Shown in pieces: positions 1 to 12,620 of a stretch of DNA of 64,000 bases. Location: assembly GCA_030141605.1 (NCBI GenBank), contig JAQGDQ010000297.1, positions 62,001-126,000 on the forward strand, read 5' to 3'. The notes beneath the pieces are model-generated. The model had not been told where the DNA came from, did no database searches, and saw nothing but the letters and a program-made list of their open reading frames with translations. The position numbers and the translations under genes are program-made. The first letter of the stretch is position 1. Every line of letters begins with the position of its first letter. The stretch comes from Tubiluchus corallicola. Lineage: Eukaryota; Animalia; Priapulida.

Positions 1-420
1 TACTAGAACGAATTCTGCAACAACTGACAGAGTCGAATTTTCAGATGGTGGCGATAAGATCATTTTCCAAAATGTCTAAGGCTCCACCAGTTCACAGCAG
101 ATCATCATGAAACTTTGCAGGAATATACTAGAGGGAATACTGCGTCGACTAACGGAGTTGGATTTTTGTTCCGCCATTGTGATTTCAAGATAGTAGTGAT
201 AACATCACTGTCAAAAAAGCTTATGGTTTCGCCAATTCGTAAAATTATCTATAAGAAGACCGAATGGATTCCGAAACGACTAAGAGATCCAGGTTTTCGA
301 TTTTAGGGGTCTGTCAATTCACCCAGGATCATCAAGAACTTTTCTGCATTGACTGGCTGAGTCAGAGTTTCGATGTGCCATCTTGATTTCAAGACGACGA
401 CATGGTCGTAATTTTTTATC
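1..420 (+). repeat. Interspersed repeat with diverged internal subrepeats; same family as 16490-16950 (inverted)
   Basis: The motif tactagaacgaattctgc..actg...gagtcg recurs near 1, 126 and 333, and in reverse complement at about 16870-16907. Confidence 0.6.
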
Positions 421-1310
421 CGCTATCTTGTGTTCAGCAAGCCCTCAACCAGCAGTTCTAGTCGAGCTTTTTATATAAGCTTTTCAGAAAAGGAAAATAC
501 ACATGTGATCAGAAAAAAAGAACAAATTTTAGTGATAAGAAATAACTATTTAGTGACGTTCTTCTTGAAGCAAGTGCGGTTATAGTAAAATGAATTATTT
601 CTGTTGTTAAAGAAAGGGAAAACGGAAAACAGGATTCTTGAATAACTGTCTTGCACCTAGGAATGCCAGGGTAGAAATATCCATGGGGAGTCGCAGCATT
701 GGGAATCCCAGGACCGTACCGAGTCAATGTATACTGTTTTCGGACTCCGAGTAAGTAGTTGGCGTTTAAGAACTAAGGAAAAAGTGTAAAGAGAGTATCC
801 TCTATAAAACAGCGATGAAACAAAATAATATAGCAACAGATATTTGATGAGGAAGACATTACAGAGACAAACACAAATAAAGTTTGACCGGACTAGCAAC
901 ACGATTTCACGATCTGTGGCTAATGGCAGGAGAGGTAACCCAGATGAGGGTTTATCAAAAATAGTTATTCCGACGTTCGTTGGTCTTTTCTACAGGGATG
1001 TAGCTGGTTTTGTATTCTTGAGACACCCTTGTATGGGTCATTCCTCGAGCATCAGGATTTTTCTGCTACCATATTAGTATGGATTTTAGGACTACACACT
1101 ACACACAGGGGGTAGAAAATGTTGCTTTTTTAAATCCTGGTAGGAGTACACGGGTGCCTGCAGCAGCTTGCAGAGTAAATGCCAAGTTAGAGGAAAGGAA
1201 AAGTCAGTTAGCATGTTACATGGTTCATTTAATTGTCACATAAAGAAGGAAAAATATAACGACGAAATTCGCAAAAAACTATCTATATAACATAAAACTA
1301 ATTTGCACCA

Positions 1311-1796
1311 AAATTGAATTTATTGCTGGCCGGTTTCGAACAAACTGTTCACTGTCAAGGCATTTAAAACAAAGAAATTTACCAGAATTCAGAAACAACA
1401 TCGAAATGCGATTCAGTAGTTGGATAGCCAAATGATATATGATAAACCATTATATAGATAATATAGCAATTTACCTTATATAGCAATACATAGCATTATA
1501 CTCCACAAAGAAACAAACATGTTAGTAGTAACAGAACTGTCAATATTAGGTTGCTGAATTCCACAAAATACTACTAACATGTTTGTGGAGTGTAGCATAG
1601 TTTCATATCAATCAAGATATGTAATCTACAAGGTAAATTGCTAAATTATCTATATAATGGCTTATCATATATCTTTTGGCTATCTAACTACTGAATTGCA
1701 TATCGATGTTGTTTCTAAATTCTGGTAAATTTCTTTGTTTTAGATGCTTTGACAATGAACAGTTTGTTCGAAACCGGTCGGCAATAAATTCAATTT
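1311..1796. mobile_element. Foldback (long inverted repeat) probably made of two inverted Penelope-like pLTR ends
   Basis: Arm 1311-1480 is the reverse complement of 1627-1796 with scattered substitutions. Inner arms 1491-1530 and 1569-1599 also pair. Each outer arm ends in a hammerhead-like motif followed by AATAAA. Confidence 0.75.
1745..1783 (+). ncRNA. Minimal type I hammerhead ribozyme motif (Penelope-type, U3-A8 core variant)
   Basis: tgct-TTGACAA-t-gaaca gtt tgttc-GAAA-ccgg-TC-ggca: stem I tgct/ggca, stem II gaaca/tgttc, palindromic stem III ACCGGT, GUC triplet ending at 1779. Confidence 0.55.
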
Positions 1797-2742
1797 AGTT
1801 ACATCTATTTGCCAAAAATGGATAATTCAAAACTAATTATATAACTTAATTTATATTTAGACCTAACTGGTGGACTTCGTGACCTTTTGTAAGCGGATCG
1901 TGAATTTCCGTAAGCGCGCGAAACTGATTCCAACTTCTGCAAAAATGTAACAAAAGTAGCTAAGTAATTTTCTGTAAAAACTTATTATACTTTTGAAGGA
2001 ATTTGACAGCGCGCTGCTTTTCTTCAGCTGATAAACGACGTCATTGGTGGAAGAATGGGGCGTTCAAAATGGAAGCGCCCAAGCGTAAAATGATCACCAA
2101 TTCACAGTGATTTTACTAATTACACGAGGCGCTTATCACACTTTTATTGCTAAATCCTTGTGACATTTTTCCCTACATTGAAATAACCCAAACTTCCCAG
2201 AAGGCTTGGCCTTTCCTTTAAACAGGAAGAAGCAGAACCTTTATAGTATACAGCTTGTCTCAACAAGGTAATTATTATGATTCTATGACATGGTCGTATA
2301 TCACTGTCGGTATAGACTCGTGCTTTCATCTTGAATGGTGGTAATTACAAGAGCACCATGAATAGAGGCAGACCACATAAGCGAGACTAACCGAAACTAT
2401 GTAATTATTATAGTCTTCAGATGCTGCATTAATAATGTAAGAGTTTGTAAATATTTTAGTATCGTTTATAGCCTGGACTCGGAAAGCCTATATTACATAT
2501 TGATGAATGTTTACCTTAAGCCCCTTTCTGACCAAGTTGTCACCGAATTAAGATGTCGGTTTTACTTTATTAGTTTTAATGCCAAACCCAAATTTTGTTT
2601 AAGAATTACCTGTTAAATCTTACAGAACAGGCTTAGTTTTAACTAGGAGGAATTTAATGTCCATATTGCATTACTGACGCTTGTGCAACAGAAAAAATAT
2701 CATTGTTTTTATTAAGTTCCGGTGTCCTCCTCTCTTTCACTT

Positions 2743-2785
2743 TCTCTCTCTCTCTCTCTCTCTCTCCCACTCTCTCTCCTCTCTT
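2743..2785. repeat. (CT)n microsatellite
   Basis: Direct reading. Confidence 0.9.
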
Positions 2786-4825
2786 CAGTCACTCATTTTC
2801 GTCCACTTCTCATAGTCTGCAAGTTTTTTCTGCATTTTCTTCCACATTGCCGAGTTCTATACTGATGACAGGCTTCTATAACGAAACACAACCCTGCCGC
2901 TGTGCCACACAACTCTCATGACGTAATTAGGTTAGTCACATCGGTCAGTGGTCTCTGTCGGCTTTTATCATTAATGCACAAATGTGCCTTGGATAGATAT
3001 TATTCTCTATCAATAAACTTCATAGCTATCCCAGCTGAGACGCAGCATGAACAGCGCTCATTGGAGAGCTATGAACTGAAGAATACGTAATAACTTATTG
3101 TAAAAGCAGCGTCAAATTCTAAAAAAAATTATAAACAAAACACGCATTCACTGTAAGGCCGGTGTCATACAGAGGTGGACAAAATCCCCAAGTAGAAAAA
3201 GCCGCCTGGTAAAAAAAGAACGTATGGTCGCCAGTAGTCCCTATCTCTCAGATAGTCTCTTCCGCCGTCTTCTGCCTATCGGTGACAAGAGCTGTCTACC
3301 ACAAAAAGTCGTCATACGTAATCCACGGCTCCTTGCAAGCCGTTTTGGGAGGGTTATGTGGCGCCTTGTTGCGAAATGAATTTGACTATTAATTTCATTT
3401 TTGCTTATCGCTAACGTGAGGTGATTAGAGTATTAGTGTTTCATAAGGGTCTCATAAATTAAAAAAATCGATTTTTGACCACTACATTTTACTAATACTG
3501 CAATTAGATACGTGCAGATAATTATGATTTAAATAATGAAACATATTTATTTAAACTAAAAATAAACCTGTTATTTTGTAATGAGTACAACTGCTTAAAT
3601 ATTTATGAATAAAATTTGAAATTAATACAATTGCTTGACAACAAGCTGTTCCACGTCATTATTAATTTCAACTACTGCAGAGTGCTGATGAAATTTCTTT
3701 TCGTTTTTCTCTTGATTGTTTAAAATGAACGAAATACCTTTAACAGTGTCCGTTGCTGTATACGTTTCTAGCCCGCACTGTCCCGTTGTGCTTTTGTTTT
3801 TTAATACGCCGCAATATGTAAATCAACCGGATCTAGTGGTTGGCTAATTTTGAATCAAGTAAACTAACTTATTATGGTAAGAAATTATAGATTCACAACC
3901 TTCCCTTCCACTATAAAACGGCAAAACGCCCTACTATACACAAGGAGCAAGGAACATGCAGCGGTTTTGGTCAAACGCCTTATGGCTTACGCATTATGGA
4001 TAACTACTTGCCTCATACGATAATTCTCCTTGTAGCATTTGTCTAAAGGTGACACAATTATTCTTTCGTAGATCTTGTGACGGTCAGAAGTTGATGCGCT
4101 TTTCCACTGGAGAAAATTACTTGTGTTTTAGATGTTATAGGCAGCTCTACAAACTTTCACTTACGCTTTATGTCAGATAATCAGTAGATTTAAAAGCTGA
4201 TGCCAGCAATAGTAATCCAGTGAAATGAGTAAGAATGCTTAGGATTCAGAACACGCACAATTCAATATACATTCTCATTTCCACAGAGGAGGACATGTCA
4301 AGCACACTTATGCAACACAATTGTTAAACTATCAGCTTGGAAACACCTTTTCTGCAATGATAGAATAAAGTAATGCATTGTTAAAGAATTTTTTCAACGA
4401 AACTGTGCAGAAAGAAGGAATCGTGAAAAAAGTCAGAACTGAGCCTGAACAACAGACTTCTGGTTTACATGTGTAATACCACGATCACTAGACTTTACAG
4501 TTCCACGTGATCGGGTCTCAATTCAACCCGAATAGCTCACCAACCAATCAAAACTTCCCTACGTCTTGTCAGGGCTAAATTACTAGCTAATTAGATTAAT
4601 TTTGTTGTAACTGATTTAGAAAATAAGTCCGAAATCACCCGTTAGTTGCCAGCCAGATTACATTAATATTTACTATGATCACAAAACGCTGTGCGTTCAT
4701 TGCATCATTATTTATATCCAGTAAACTTAAAATTAAGATATTATAACAGGTAATTAATTAACCATTTCTGCAAAGTAATTTAAACTCATGAGACAGTTGG
4801 GCACAGACTATTTCGTCAGAGTCTA

Positions 4826-5235
4826 AGCAACAATCTGGTGATCTAGTAACAGATGAGTATAGGTGAGTAATAACATACCTGGTAATCTCCTAATATGTGA
4901 GAAACAACATACATTGTAATGTGGCAACAAGTGAGCATAGGTGAGCAACAAAGAACAGTACCTGGCACTCTAGTAACAGGTGAGAAACAACATACTCGGT
5001 AGTCTGGTAACAAGTGAGTATAGGTGAGTAACAACATATCTTGTCATCTAGTAACAGGTGGTGATAAACACATCTGGGAATATGGCAACAGGTGAGTATA
5101 TAATAGATGAGTAATAACCTGTTAACCTGGCAGCAGGTGAATAAAAACAAATCTGGCAATCTGTTAGGTGAGTAATAATGTACCTTGTAATTTGGCGAGA
5201 AACAACATACCTGGTAATCTGGTAACAGGTGAGAA
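4826..5235 (-). repeat. Degenerate ~34-bp minisatellite overlapping the Ig exon 3' end and donor
   Basis: Minus-strand unit ttctcacctgttaccagattaccag|gtatgttgt, about 10 diverged copies with indels. Confidence 0.85.
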
Positions 5236-5326
5236 ACTGCACATCTCAGAGTAGCTGTTTGACCTTCTGACACATTCACCGATTTCATTGGATCTGTAAA
5301 TTCTGGCAACTCCTGTACAGTGCAAA
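5211..5326 (-). CDS. Ig-domain exon (N-terminal half of first Ig domain), lachesin/DIP/Dpr/IgLON-like
   Basis: Acceptor tctgtttttcag|, peptide CTVQELPEFTDPMKSVNVSEGQTATLRCAVSHLLPDYQ matching the Ig pattern P-x-F...V-x-V-x-x-G-x-x-A-x-L-x-C, donor CAG|GTATGT where the C-strand V-x-W is expected next. No downstream exon was found in the window. Confidence 0.8.
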
Positions 5327-7450
5327 CTGAAAAACAGACGATATCTTGTTAGAACATGTGAATTGTGAGACGAGCTCGTTATGAATACTACCTGGTTGTA
5401 CACCTGGAGTAGTAACAAATTTAAGTACAGTAAAGAAATATTAATTGAATTATTTGTGTATGTGAGTTACAGTGCCATATGAATTTACTGATTCGGTAAT
5501 TGGTTGCTGGGTAGTGTTTAAAGCACTGTGATTTTACATTGTCAAATGTCTAGTCACTGACTATAGCTTTTTCCTGATGCAGAGCAGCTGTCTATAAATG
5601 CAGTTTTTCCTCTGAGGTCGTCTTATCCGTGAAATTCCGTTACAAGAAAATCATTTCCTTGTCAACTGTAACCTCACTCGTCAAAGGAAGACAGGATGAT
5701 TTTTGATATACTACCCTTTTCAAGTCCAATAAAAAGTATACATTTTAGCACAATTAATACTGCAAAAGCATTTCTGATAATTAAATAATAGATTAAAAAC
5801 TTAATTAACGGCGAGCGAACTATTGATGACATCACAACTAACACTATTTTCAACTGCAATAATATTCCACGAGCGTGTTGCACGTGTTTGTGAAAGATAA
5901 AATTGAAGTACAGTGCTACTGTAAGAGATTTAGTGTGTTGTACTAAAACTAGGCAAATTTTAAGATAAAAATTGAAATTTCAAATTTACCGCTGTGCTCA
6001 CGCATGAGATGTCGAAGATGTGAAGTTCGTGAAGATGTGAATTAAACAGTTACACGATCAATGATGTGATAGGACAGGTTTCCTATATACATACTTGCAC
6101 AATAAAACTACAGAAGTAATTATGAACTCTTTCTTTAAGTACTTCGTACATTTATTTATACAGAGTAAATATTCATTTGTTTACTTCGGAAATGAGTTTC
6201 CGACAGTTATTGTGTTGAGCTTCTTTTTGTCGTCGTCGTCGTCGTCATCGTAGTAGTCGTAGCCGTCATTACTGTTTTTCACAAGGGGGAGAACTAGACA
6301 TTTATCGTTCCCCACAGAAGTGGTTTTGACGTTAAAATCCTTTGAGGAAATAAAGCACTCGCTAATAAAAGTGCAGCAGAACAAAAGCGGCGAGTTGAAA
6401 TTCAATTTATTTTATAGGTATTCAACTTCATTTTGCAGAACGAGAAAGCTTCTAGACTTGATTCAAACCCGGAGGTTTTTTCAATAAAGAGATTACGCGT
6501 GTTTAGACGTTAGGAATCGAATAGTGTGCAATAGAACGCCTCTGAGATGCCAAAGAACAACAATGTGGGAACCCCTTAGAGACAAGAGGATTATCACGGT
6601 GAAAGGAAAAGCAATCCCTAAAAGCTTAAACGTCGTTTCTGATTTTAGGATTTTATTTTTATTGAAAGGCTTTCAAAAATCATTTAAAGCACAAGAAAAC
6701 CCTCCACTTAAGCTCAAAAAATTCGTCTTGAAATTTTATGCTTCTTACATGCTGCCTTTCTGCACCCTAGAGGGTGAGCCAGCGACATTTTACCAATTGA
6801 AACGAACATTTTAAATTATTATTTCTAGTCACATAAGCCTTTCCAGGAGGTAAGTGAAATGCTATGTAATATAAGCATGTACAAAAAAGTAATATATATA
6901 TATATATATATTTGCAGATTTAGATTTGCATGGAAAGTTTTTTGGGACATAATTTGACATTGCCTATTCTTTCCCTTCTTAGCGTTCGAGTAGGTGACGT
7001 CATGTAATGGCGACATTGCGGGAGATTTAAAATGAAAACAAAGAAAAATTCCTTTTAACGTGAGTACGATATATGCAAAAAATGCTGTAAAGTAATGTAA
7101 TTTTCTAAGGCGATTTTTCTGAAACCTAATTCAGGCACCCCTTTTCTTAGCCTTTAATTGTGCGTATAGCAGTGCGTATGAATCTGTATTGCTTGTTGTG
7201 GACAGGTTTTTGTGTTCAAATACTAGCTAAGCTTTGATGGTACGATTATTTGCGAAGTTAAGTTGCCCTGCTCCTGTTTATTAAAATGACTGACTGACGG
7301 GAAACTGATGAATTATTGATTTATAGCCTGTTCTATAAAATACGGAGTAATTGTAGCTACGTGGAAATCAAAGTTCATAGGCCTAAAGGTTTACCCAGAA
7401 AATCAAAGAGTTCAGTTTTTCTTAATAAAATGGGAACACACTGCTTTCTA

Positions 7451-8991
7451 TGTCGCATTTCACACTGACGCCTAATGAGGAATGTTCCTCATAGCTTCCT
7501 CGTGAGAAATTCTGCAATCAGATAGAGGTTATGTGTCCTCCTCACGCAGAAATTTGTCGCTTGATAAAAAAAGGGGCATGTTCTAGTTTTGCGCAATTTA
7601 CATTAAAATTTAACTGCTTTAATTACGTCTTTCTTGTTTAGTAAATAATAGTTAACGTAACCGTAAAATGGATCTATCTTTTGATTTATCTTTCATCATA
7701 TAAGCGATTTTTTTCTTTTGTTACGGTGTATGTGATGGTTGTATTCGTGAAAAAAGCAACACTTGCATATAATCACAAAGTGTGTCGTGGCTAGTGGTTA
7801 TTTTAAAAGCGAACTAGTTTCCTATTGAACAAGTGTATTATAGTTATATTAGATGATTATAGTCATCGTATAAATTACTATCCACAAAGGCGCCAGATCA
7901 AGAACTACGCCGTTTGGTGTAATTAGTCTGTGTGGAAAATAGTCTTACTCAGACTAATTTTAAACTTGACTTTTTATGTCTTTTTTCCATACATAAATAG
8001 TCTGTGTATCGAAAGAAATGTTGCAGTGTGCAAGGCAGGTTTTAAGCACATGAAGCAAAGGATTATGCAATGTGGCAGCTGACTCTGTACATGCAGTAAA
8101 TGTTCAGCAAGATGAACACGGCATGACTTTTGCCAGAAAGGCAATGACAAGCATTGGCCTGGCACAAGATGCGAACGGCAAATTGGATACAATGCAACTG
8201 AATCCCGTGTTGTAGGAAATCGTAGTAAAATACCAAATAGAGTTGATGAAGAAACTTAAGAATATACCAATGGCAAGTCGGTTGATGAAGAAACTTAACT
8301 TCTAGCTCTGAGTCTGAGTCCGCTGAAGAAGATTATGATTGAAAAGCAAAACATTGTTAACGTTATTTGAATTTCATTGACTATAAATTTCGTATTGGAA
8401 TGAAAAAAATTCGATGAAATTAATCTGTGTGGAAAATTTGTGTAACTCTGATTAATTCTTATAGTGCACGTTGCAAAGTTGGTTTCAAAATTAGTATCGC
8501 ACAGACTAATTACACTAAACAGTGTAGTTGGCTGAAAAGCCTGTACTGGGTTGGGTGGCCGAGTATATGCCGAGTTCAGGGCATATTTCCTGCATGTTGT
8601 TCATTACTTGTGCGTTGCGTCCTTACCTGTATTGTTGTAAGTGTAAGTTAGTAAACAGCCATTAGTGCTAGTGCTGCCTGTCAAATGAACGAAGGTAAAT
8701 TTTTAATTGCACCAATAAGAAAAAGATTACACCAAAAGTATAACAAATAGGAAACAAATCATTATTATAGAACAGATAACAGTTTCTCTAATTAAGAAAG
8801 AAAAAACAGTTAAGGTAAATAAATGTTGTCTTTATGTTTGGCTGCATAAAATACCATAAGATCTCTGTATGAAATGTATTTTCATACTGCATGGATTATC
8901 ACGTAGACATCGATTTTGTCTGAAAATTTTCTTGATTTGTGAAAGCAATTCCGTTCGTCATTTACCTTGCGTGTTCTGTGTGAAATGGGCT
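7451..8991. mobile_element. Harbinger-like non-autonomous element (candidate), host of a nested element
   Basis: Ends tgtcgcatttcacactga and tctgtgtgaaatgggct form an imperfect inverted pair. Confidence 0.4.
7903..8529 (+). mobile_element. Internally deleted TIR DNA transposon (Tc1/mariner, pogo-like) with transposase C-terminal relic
   Basis: About 31-bp TIRs aactacgccgtttggtgtaattagtctgtgt and gcacagactaattacactaaacagtgtagtt. The plus frame at about 8060-8250 reads GLCNVAADSVHAVNVQQDEHGMTFARKAMTSIGLAQDANGKLDTMQLNPVL*EIVVKY, recalling pogo-type C-termini. A second partial copy lies at 31051-31200. Confidence 0.6.
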
Positions 8992-9555
8992 TTACTTAAT
9001 AATTGAGTGCTAGAAAATCAGTGAAAACTCATACATTATAAAACTTCCTTGTCTTGCTACCTTATAACGCTGACAATAACAATGCAAAGGGGCAACATTG
9101 AATAATATATAAACTCAATGATGTCGGTGTTACTATACGTTTGATAACCAAAGATCGTGTATCAGTTATAGATGTGATAGATTTCACAAAGCAAATACGT
9201 TCATGAAAGAGACACAGCTGATTCTGTTTACGTAGAGCAAATACAGATCTTGCAGCGAAAGATTGGATTTTTCTCAACTCAGCAGTTACTAGGTTTCATC
9301 AAGCTTTGTTCTTTAAGCGCTAGAATGTTTCCTACGTTTTATTGTCGTGTTTAATGTGTTTGTATCTGCAACCTGATATACTGTAGTGCCTGCAAGCTCA
9401 CACATAACGTTTCAAGTGAAAGAGTGTACTAATTTTAATCGCTCAACAATGCAAAGTAACTATACTATATTATAAATTTCTCACTAAAACTGTTGGTGTT
9501 GACATTATTTGCACCAGCAGAAATGACTTAATGGATCGAAGTTTCTTATTCTCTA

Positions 9556-9880
9556 GACAGAAATACATACATACAGACATACGGATGGTCGGTCGGTCGG
9601 ACGGACAGACAGACATACATAGATTGACTGGTTGGCTGACTGACTGATTAATGAACTAATTGACTGACTGATAGATAGACAAACAGACTGAAAGAGGGAA
9701 AGAGAAAGGGGGAGAGAGGAGAGAAAGGGGAGAAGTGAGAGAGAGAGGGGAGAGAGAGAGAGAGGGAGGAGAAAAGAGAGAGAGAAAGAGAGAGTAAGAG
9801 AGAAGGTGCAGTGGAGAGAGAGAGAGAGAAAAAGAGAAAAAGAAAGAAAGAGAGACAAAGCAAGCAGGAAGGAAGGACGG
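9556..9880. repeat. Compound tetranucleotide and GA-rich low-complexity repeat
   Basis: (ATAC)(GGTC)(GACT)(GA)n runs, which explain the SLSL ORFs. Confidence 0.9.
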
Positions 9881-10569
9881 AAAATTTTTCCCATTTCTAT
9901 TACATGTAATTTAAATTATTTCTCCGCAATACAATAATCATTACATTCTAGACACTTTAGTGCACGATTCGATTTTTGAGGAGCAAAATCGCTGTTGTCA
10001 TTGATCTGAAGTGCTGGGGGTAGAAATGAATATCCAAACGATGCTTAGTGACCGAAGTTAAATTATGTCAAACTTGGCCAACAAATGGATGTCTGATTAG
10101 CAGAACAACTGCTCGTGCCATACTAGCTGTCACGGTTATCTGCCTTGTTCAAGAGGTGTGGCTAAAGCATTTCTTAGAAGATTATCATTCGCAATTCATA
10201 GATTCCGGTCGTGGCATAGCCTCTGCACCGTAACTTGTGTAACGAATACACCACCACATATACGTATTAGTCATATCTATCAGCGCGATAAAGACCGCAA
10301 AGTTTATTTCCCTGTTGTATGTTTATGAAACATCTCTGAAGTCACTTCAGAGCAATATAGCTGAAAGTGTGCATCTTATTATAAAATATGTACAACAGTA
10401 AAAAAGAAATTGCAAGCAACAAAATAATGAGCACACGGTAGTGGTCTAGGCTTTAAATGATCAGTATTTGTCATTTATTTGTCAAGATTTTTTCATATAA
10501 GTAAGTAATTGTGACTGAAAATGATCATTTTTATGACTTGTGAGCAAAAGTGTTTGACACTGCAAGATT

Positions 10570-10650
10570 GATAGATGGATGGATGGACGGACAAACGGAA
10601 GGACATACGGACGGACAGACGGACAGACGGACAGGCGGATGGACGGATAA
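10570..10650. repeat. (GGAT/GGAC/AGAC)n microsatellite
   Basis: Direct reading. Confidence 0.85.
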
Positions 10651-11079
10651 AGAACCGAATATAGATGTAGTAAGTGCTCAAATCTCATATCTTAAGATCG
10701 CATGGCAGCAGTCCCAAAATGAATGCATGAAAGAAGTATACTTACAATGTGATGAAAAAATACAAAGAAAATCAAAACAACAAAAAAAAGACAATGCATG
10801 AACAATATAAAAACACCAAAGTTAGATTTCAACAATTGGTTTTAACATCATATACATACGTGCTTAGACAGGAACGCCAGCTAAAGCCAAGGAAAATGAG
10901 CAGGCGCTAGACTCTTACGTTTGCTAGCACTTGACTCTACCAAAAATGATCGTAATCCGATTATTATAGTCAGGAAATTAAGAGTCGGCACAAGTTAACA
11001 GGAAATTGACGAACAGGCACAAATAATAACAATTTGAAGATCAAGCATAAAGCCCAATAAAAGACACCTTTAAAATGGT

Positions 11080-12620
11080 AAAAAATGTTAATTTCATAAT
11101 GCAAAATATAATTTGTACCAATTCATCCATATAACTGTATTGTGATATGCAGAGTAAACATACAATTTATCAAATATATCATAAAGTAGTTCTGCCAGCC
11201 CATATATAAAGGATCCTGTTATTTTTCGTGTAATAACATCATAGTTGGAATATTAAAATTTACAAATTTTTCACTTATGCTGCATCTTCCCAAAATATTG
11301 AAGAGTCTACGAAATGCATTATTGTCAGCTACCTTTAAAAAGTGTAGTTGTATTGGAAAAAGTTGGTCCGTAGGGCACATGCGTAAAATTGACACGCACA
11401 CGATTTGAACATTATTATTTTCGTATTTACACAACATTTGGAGAACTTAATTAATAAAGTATTTGCTCGTAGATAAAGACCTTTTGACTGCGCTTTTATA
11501 GCCTCGTCATCACGTTAATCACTAGTGAATAAATAATCTAAATAATCATAAGAATTACAATATTTAAGAGGAGAGTTATTAAGCCAAAATATGGGCCAAA
11601 TCCTGGGTTTGCAGAATTTACCATTTATAAGAATGCATTTGGTCTGGTTGTACTAAATATAATATCGCGAGAATTAGCAAAATTCACACAACAGTCGATT
11701 AGCAATTGCAAAGCAGCACTACTAGGTGCAAGGAGTACTATGTCATCAGCATAAAATAAATGATTTCTACTGAGATTACCAATCTTACAGCCAAGACCCA
11801 AATACGTCAGCGTAGAACTGAGGTCTTCTACAAACTACATACACACTAAATAGGCAGGGAGACAAAACATCACCCTGCCTAATACCGTTTATTATGTTAA
11901 AGACTTCTGACAGTTTATTACCCCAAGACGCCTGAACAGTTTGGCTTTGTTACCAACTTCGTAGAAAACGTAACAGCAAACGTGGCATTACACACTGCAC
12001 GAGTTTGGTGAAGAGTGTACTGTGGTTGACCCTGTCAAATGCCTTGCTGGCATCTAAGAAACAAAGGTAGACAGTCTGCCACTATCAGAGTAACTAGAAC
12101 ACATTTCTTTTAAAGCATAGATAGCGTGAATAGTACTACGTTTTTGTTTGAAACCAAACTAAGTACATGAAGGACTAAGTACATGAGCAGATGATCAGAA
12201 TTACAGACTCAAATATTTTTCAAGCACATCTGGCAATCGCTGCAGGCCTATAATTGTTCCAATCAGTTAAACTTGATTTTCTGTCTTTCACCATTGGATT
12301 AATAACAGTGTATAAAGTTGGAAGGCAGGTGACCATGGCTGTAAAACATGATGATACAATGTGAATACATAAAAGCTTCCACGTTAATACTACCAGTGCC
12401 AGCACTTTCACCCCTTTTCATAGTTTTCAGGGTATCATTAATATAAGAGGCATATATAGTTATATCATCAATTTTGTAGGTCATTTCATTAGGATAGTTT
12501 TCAGTTTCGTTATTACAACAATGTTATTATTAAAATTAGTTACAGAATTAAGAATCTGTTTATATCGTAAATCACAATTATTGGAAATATTTTGACAGTC
12601 AGTAATGTTACCCATGACAC
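11080..12620 (-). mobile_element. Decayed non-LTR retrotransposon (RTEX-like) reverse-transcriptase fragment
   Basis: Minus-strand relics NNYRPAAI, CFLDASKAFDRVNHSTLFTKL, NGIRQGDVLSPCLF and GCKIG...NHLFYADDIVLLAPSSAALQ, with stops and frameshifts. Confidence 0.88.

Noticed and set aside
7974-8192. Cys-rich minus-strand ORF suggesting a CXC domain
   Set aside because: The pattern needs several frameshifts; the opposite strand gives a more coherent transposase-like relic
8322-8346. CTGAAGA...GAAA hammerhead-like motif
   Set aside because: No stems I or III; better explained as the acidic coding tail AEEDYD* of the transposon relic
9062-9277. Alternative signal-peptide exon for the Ig gene
   Set aside because: The hydrophobic frame ends in TAA just before the donor, and the other hydrophobic frame has an incompatible phase
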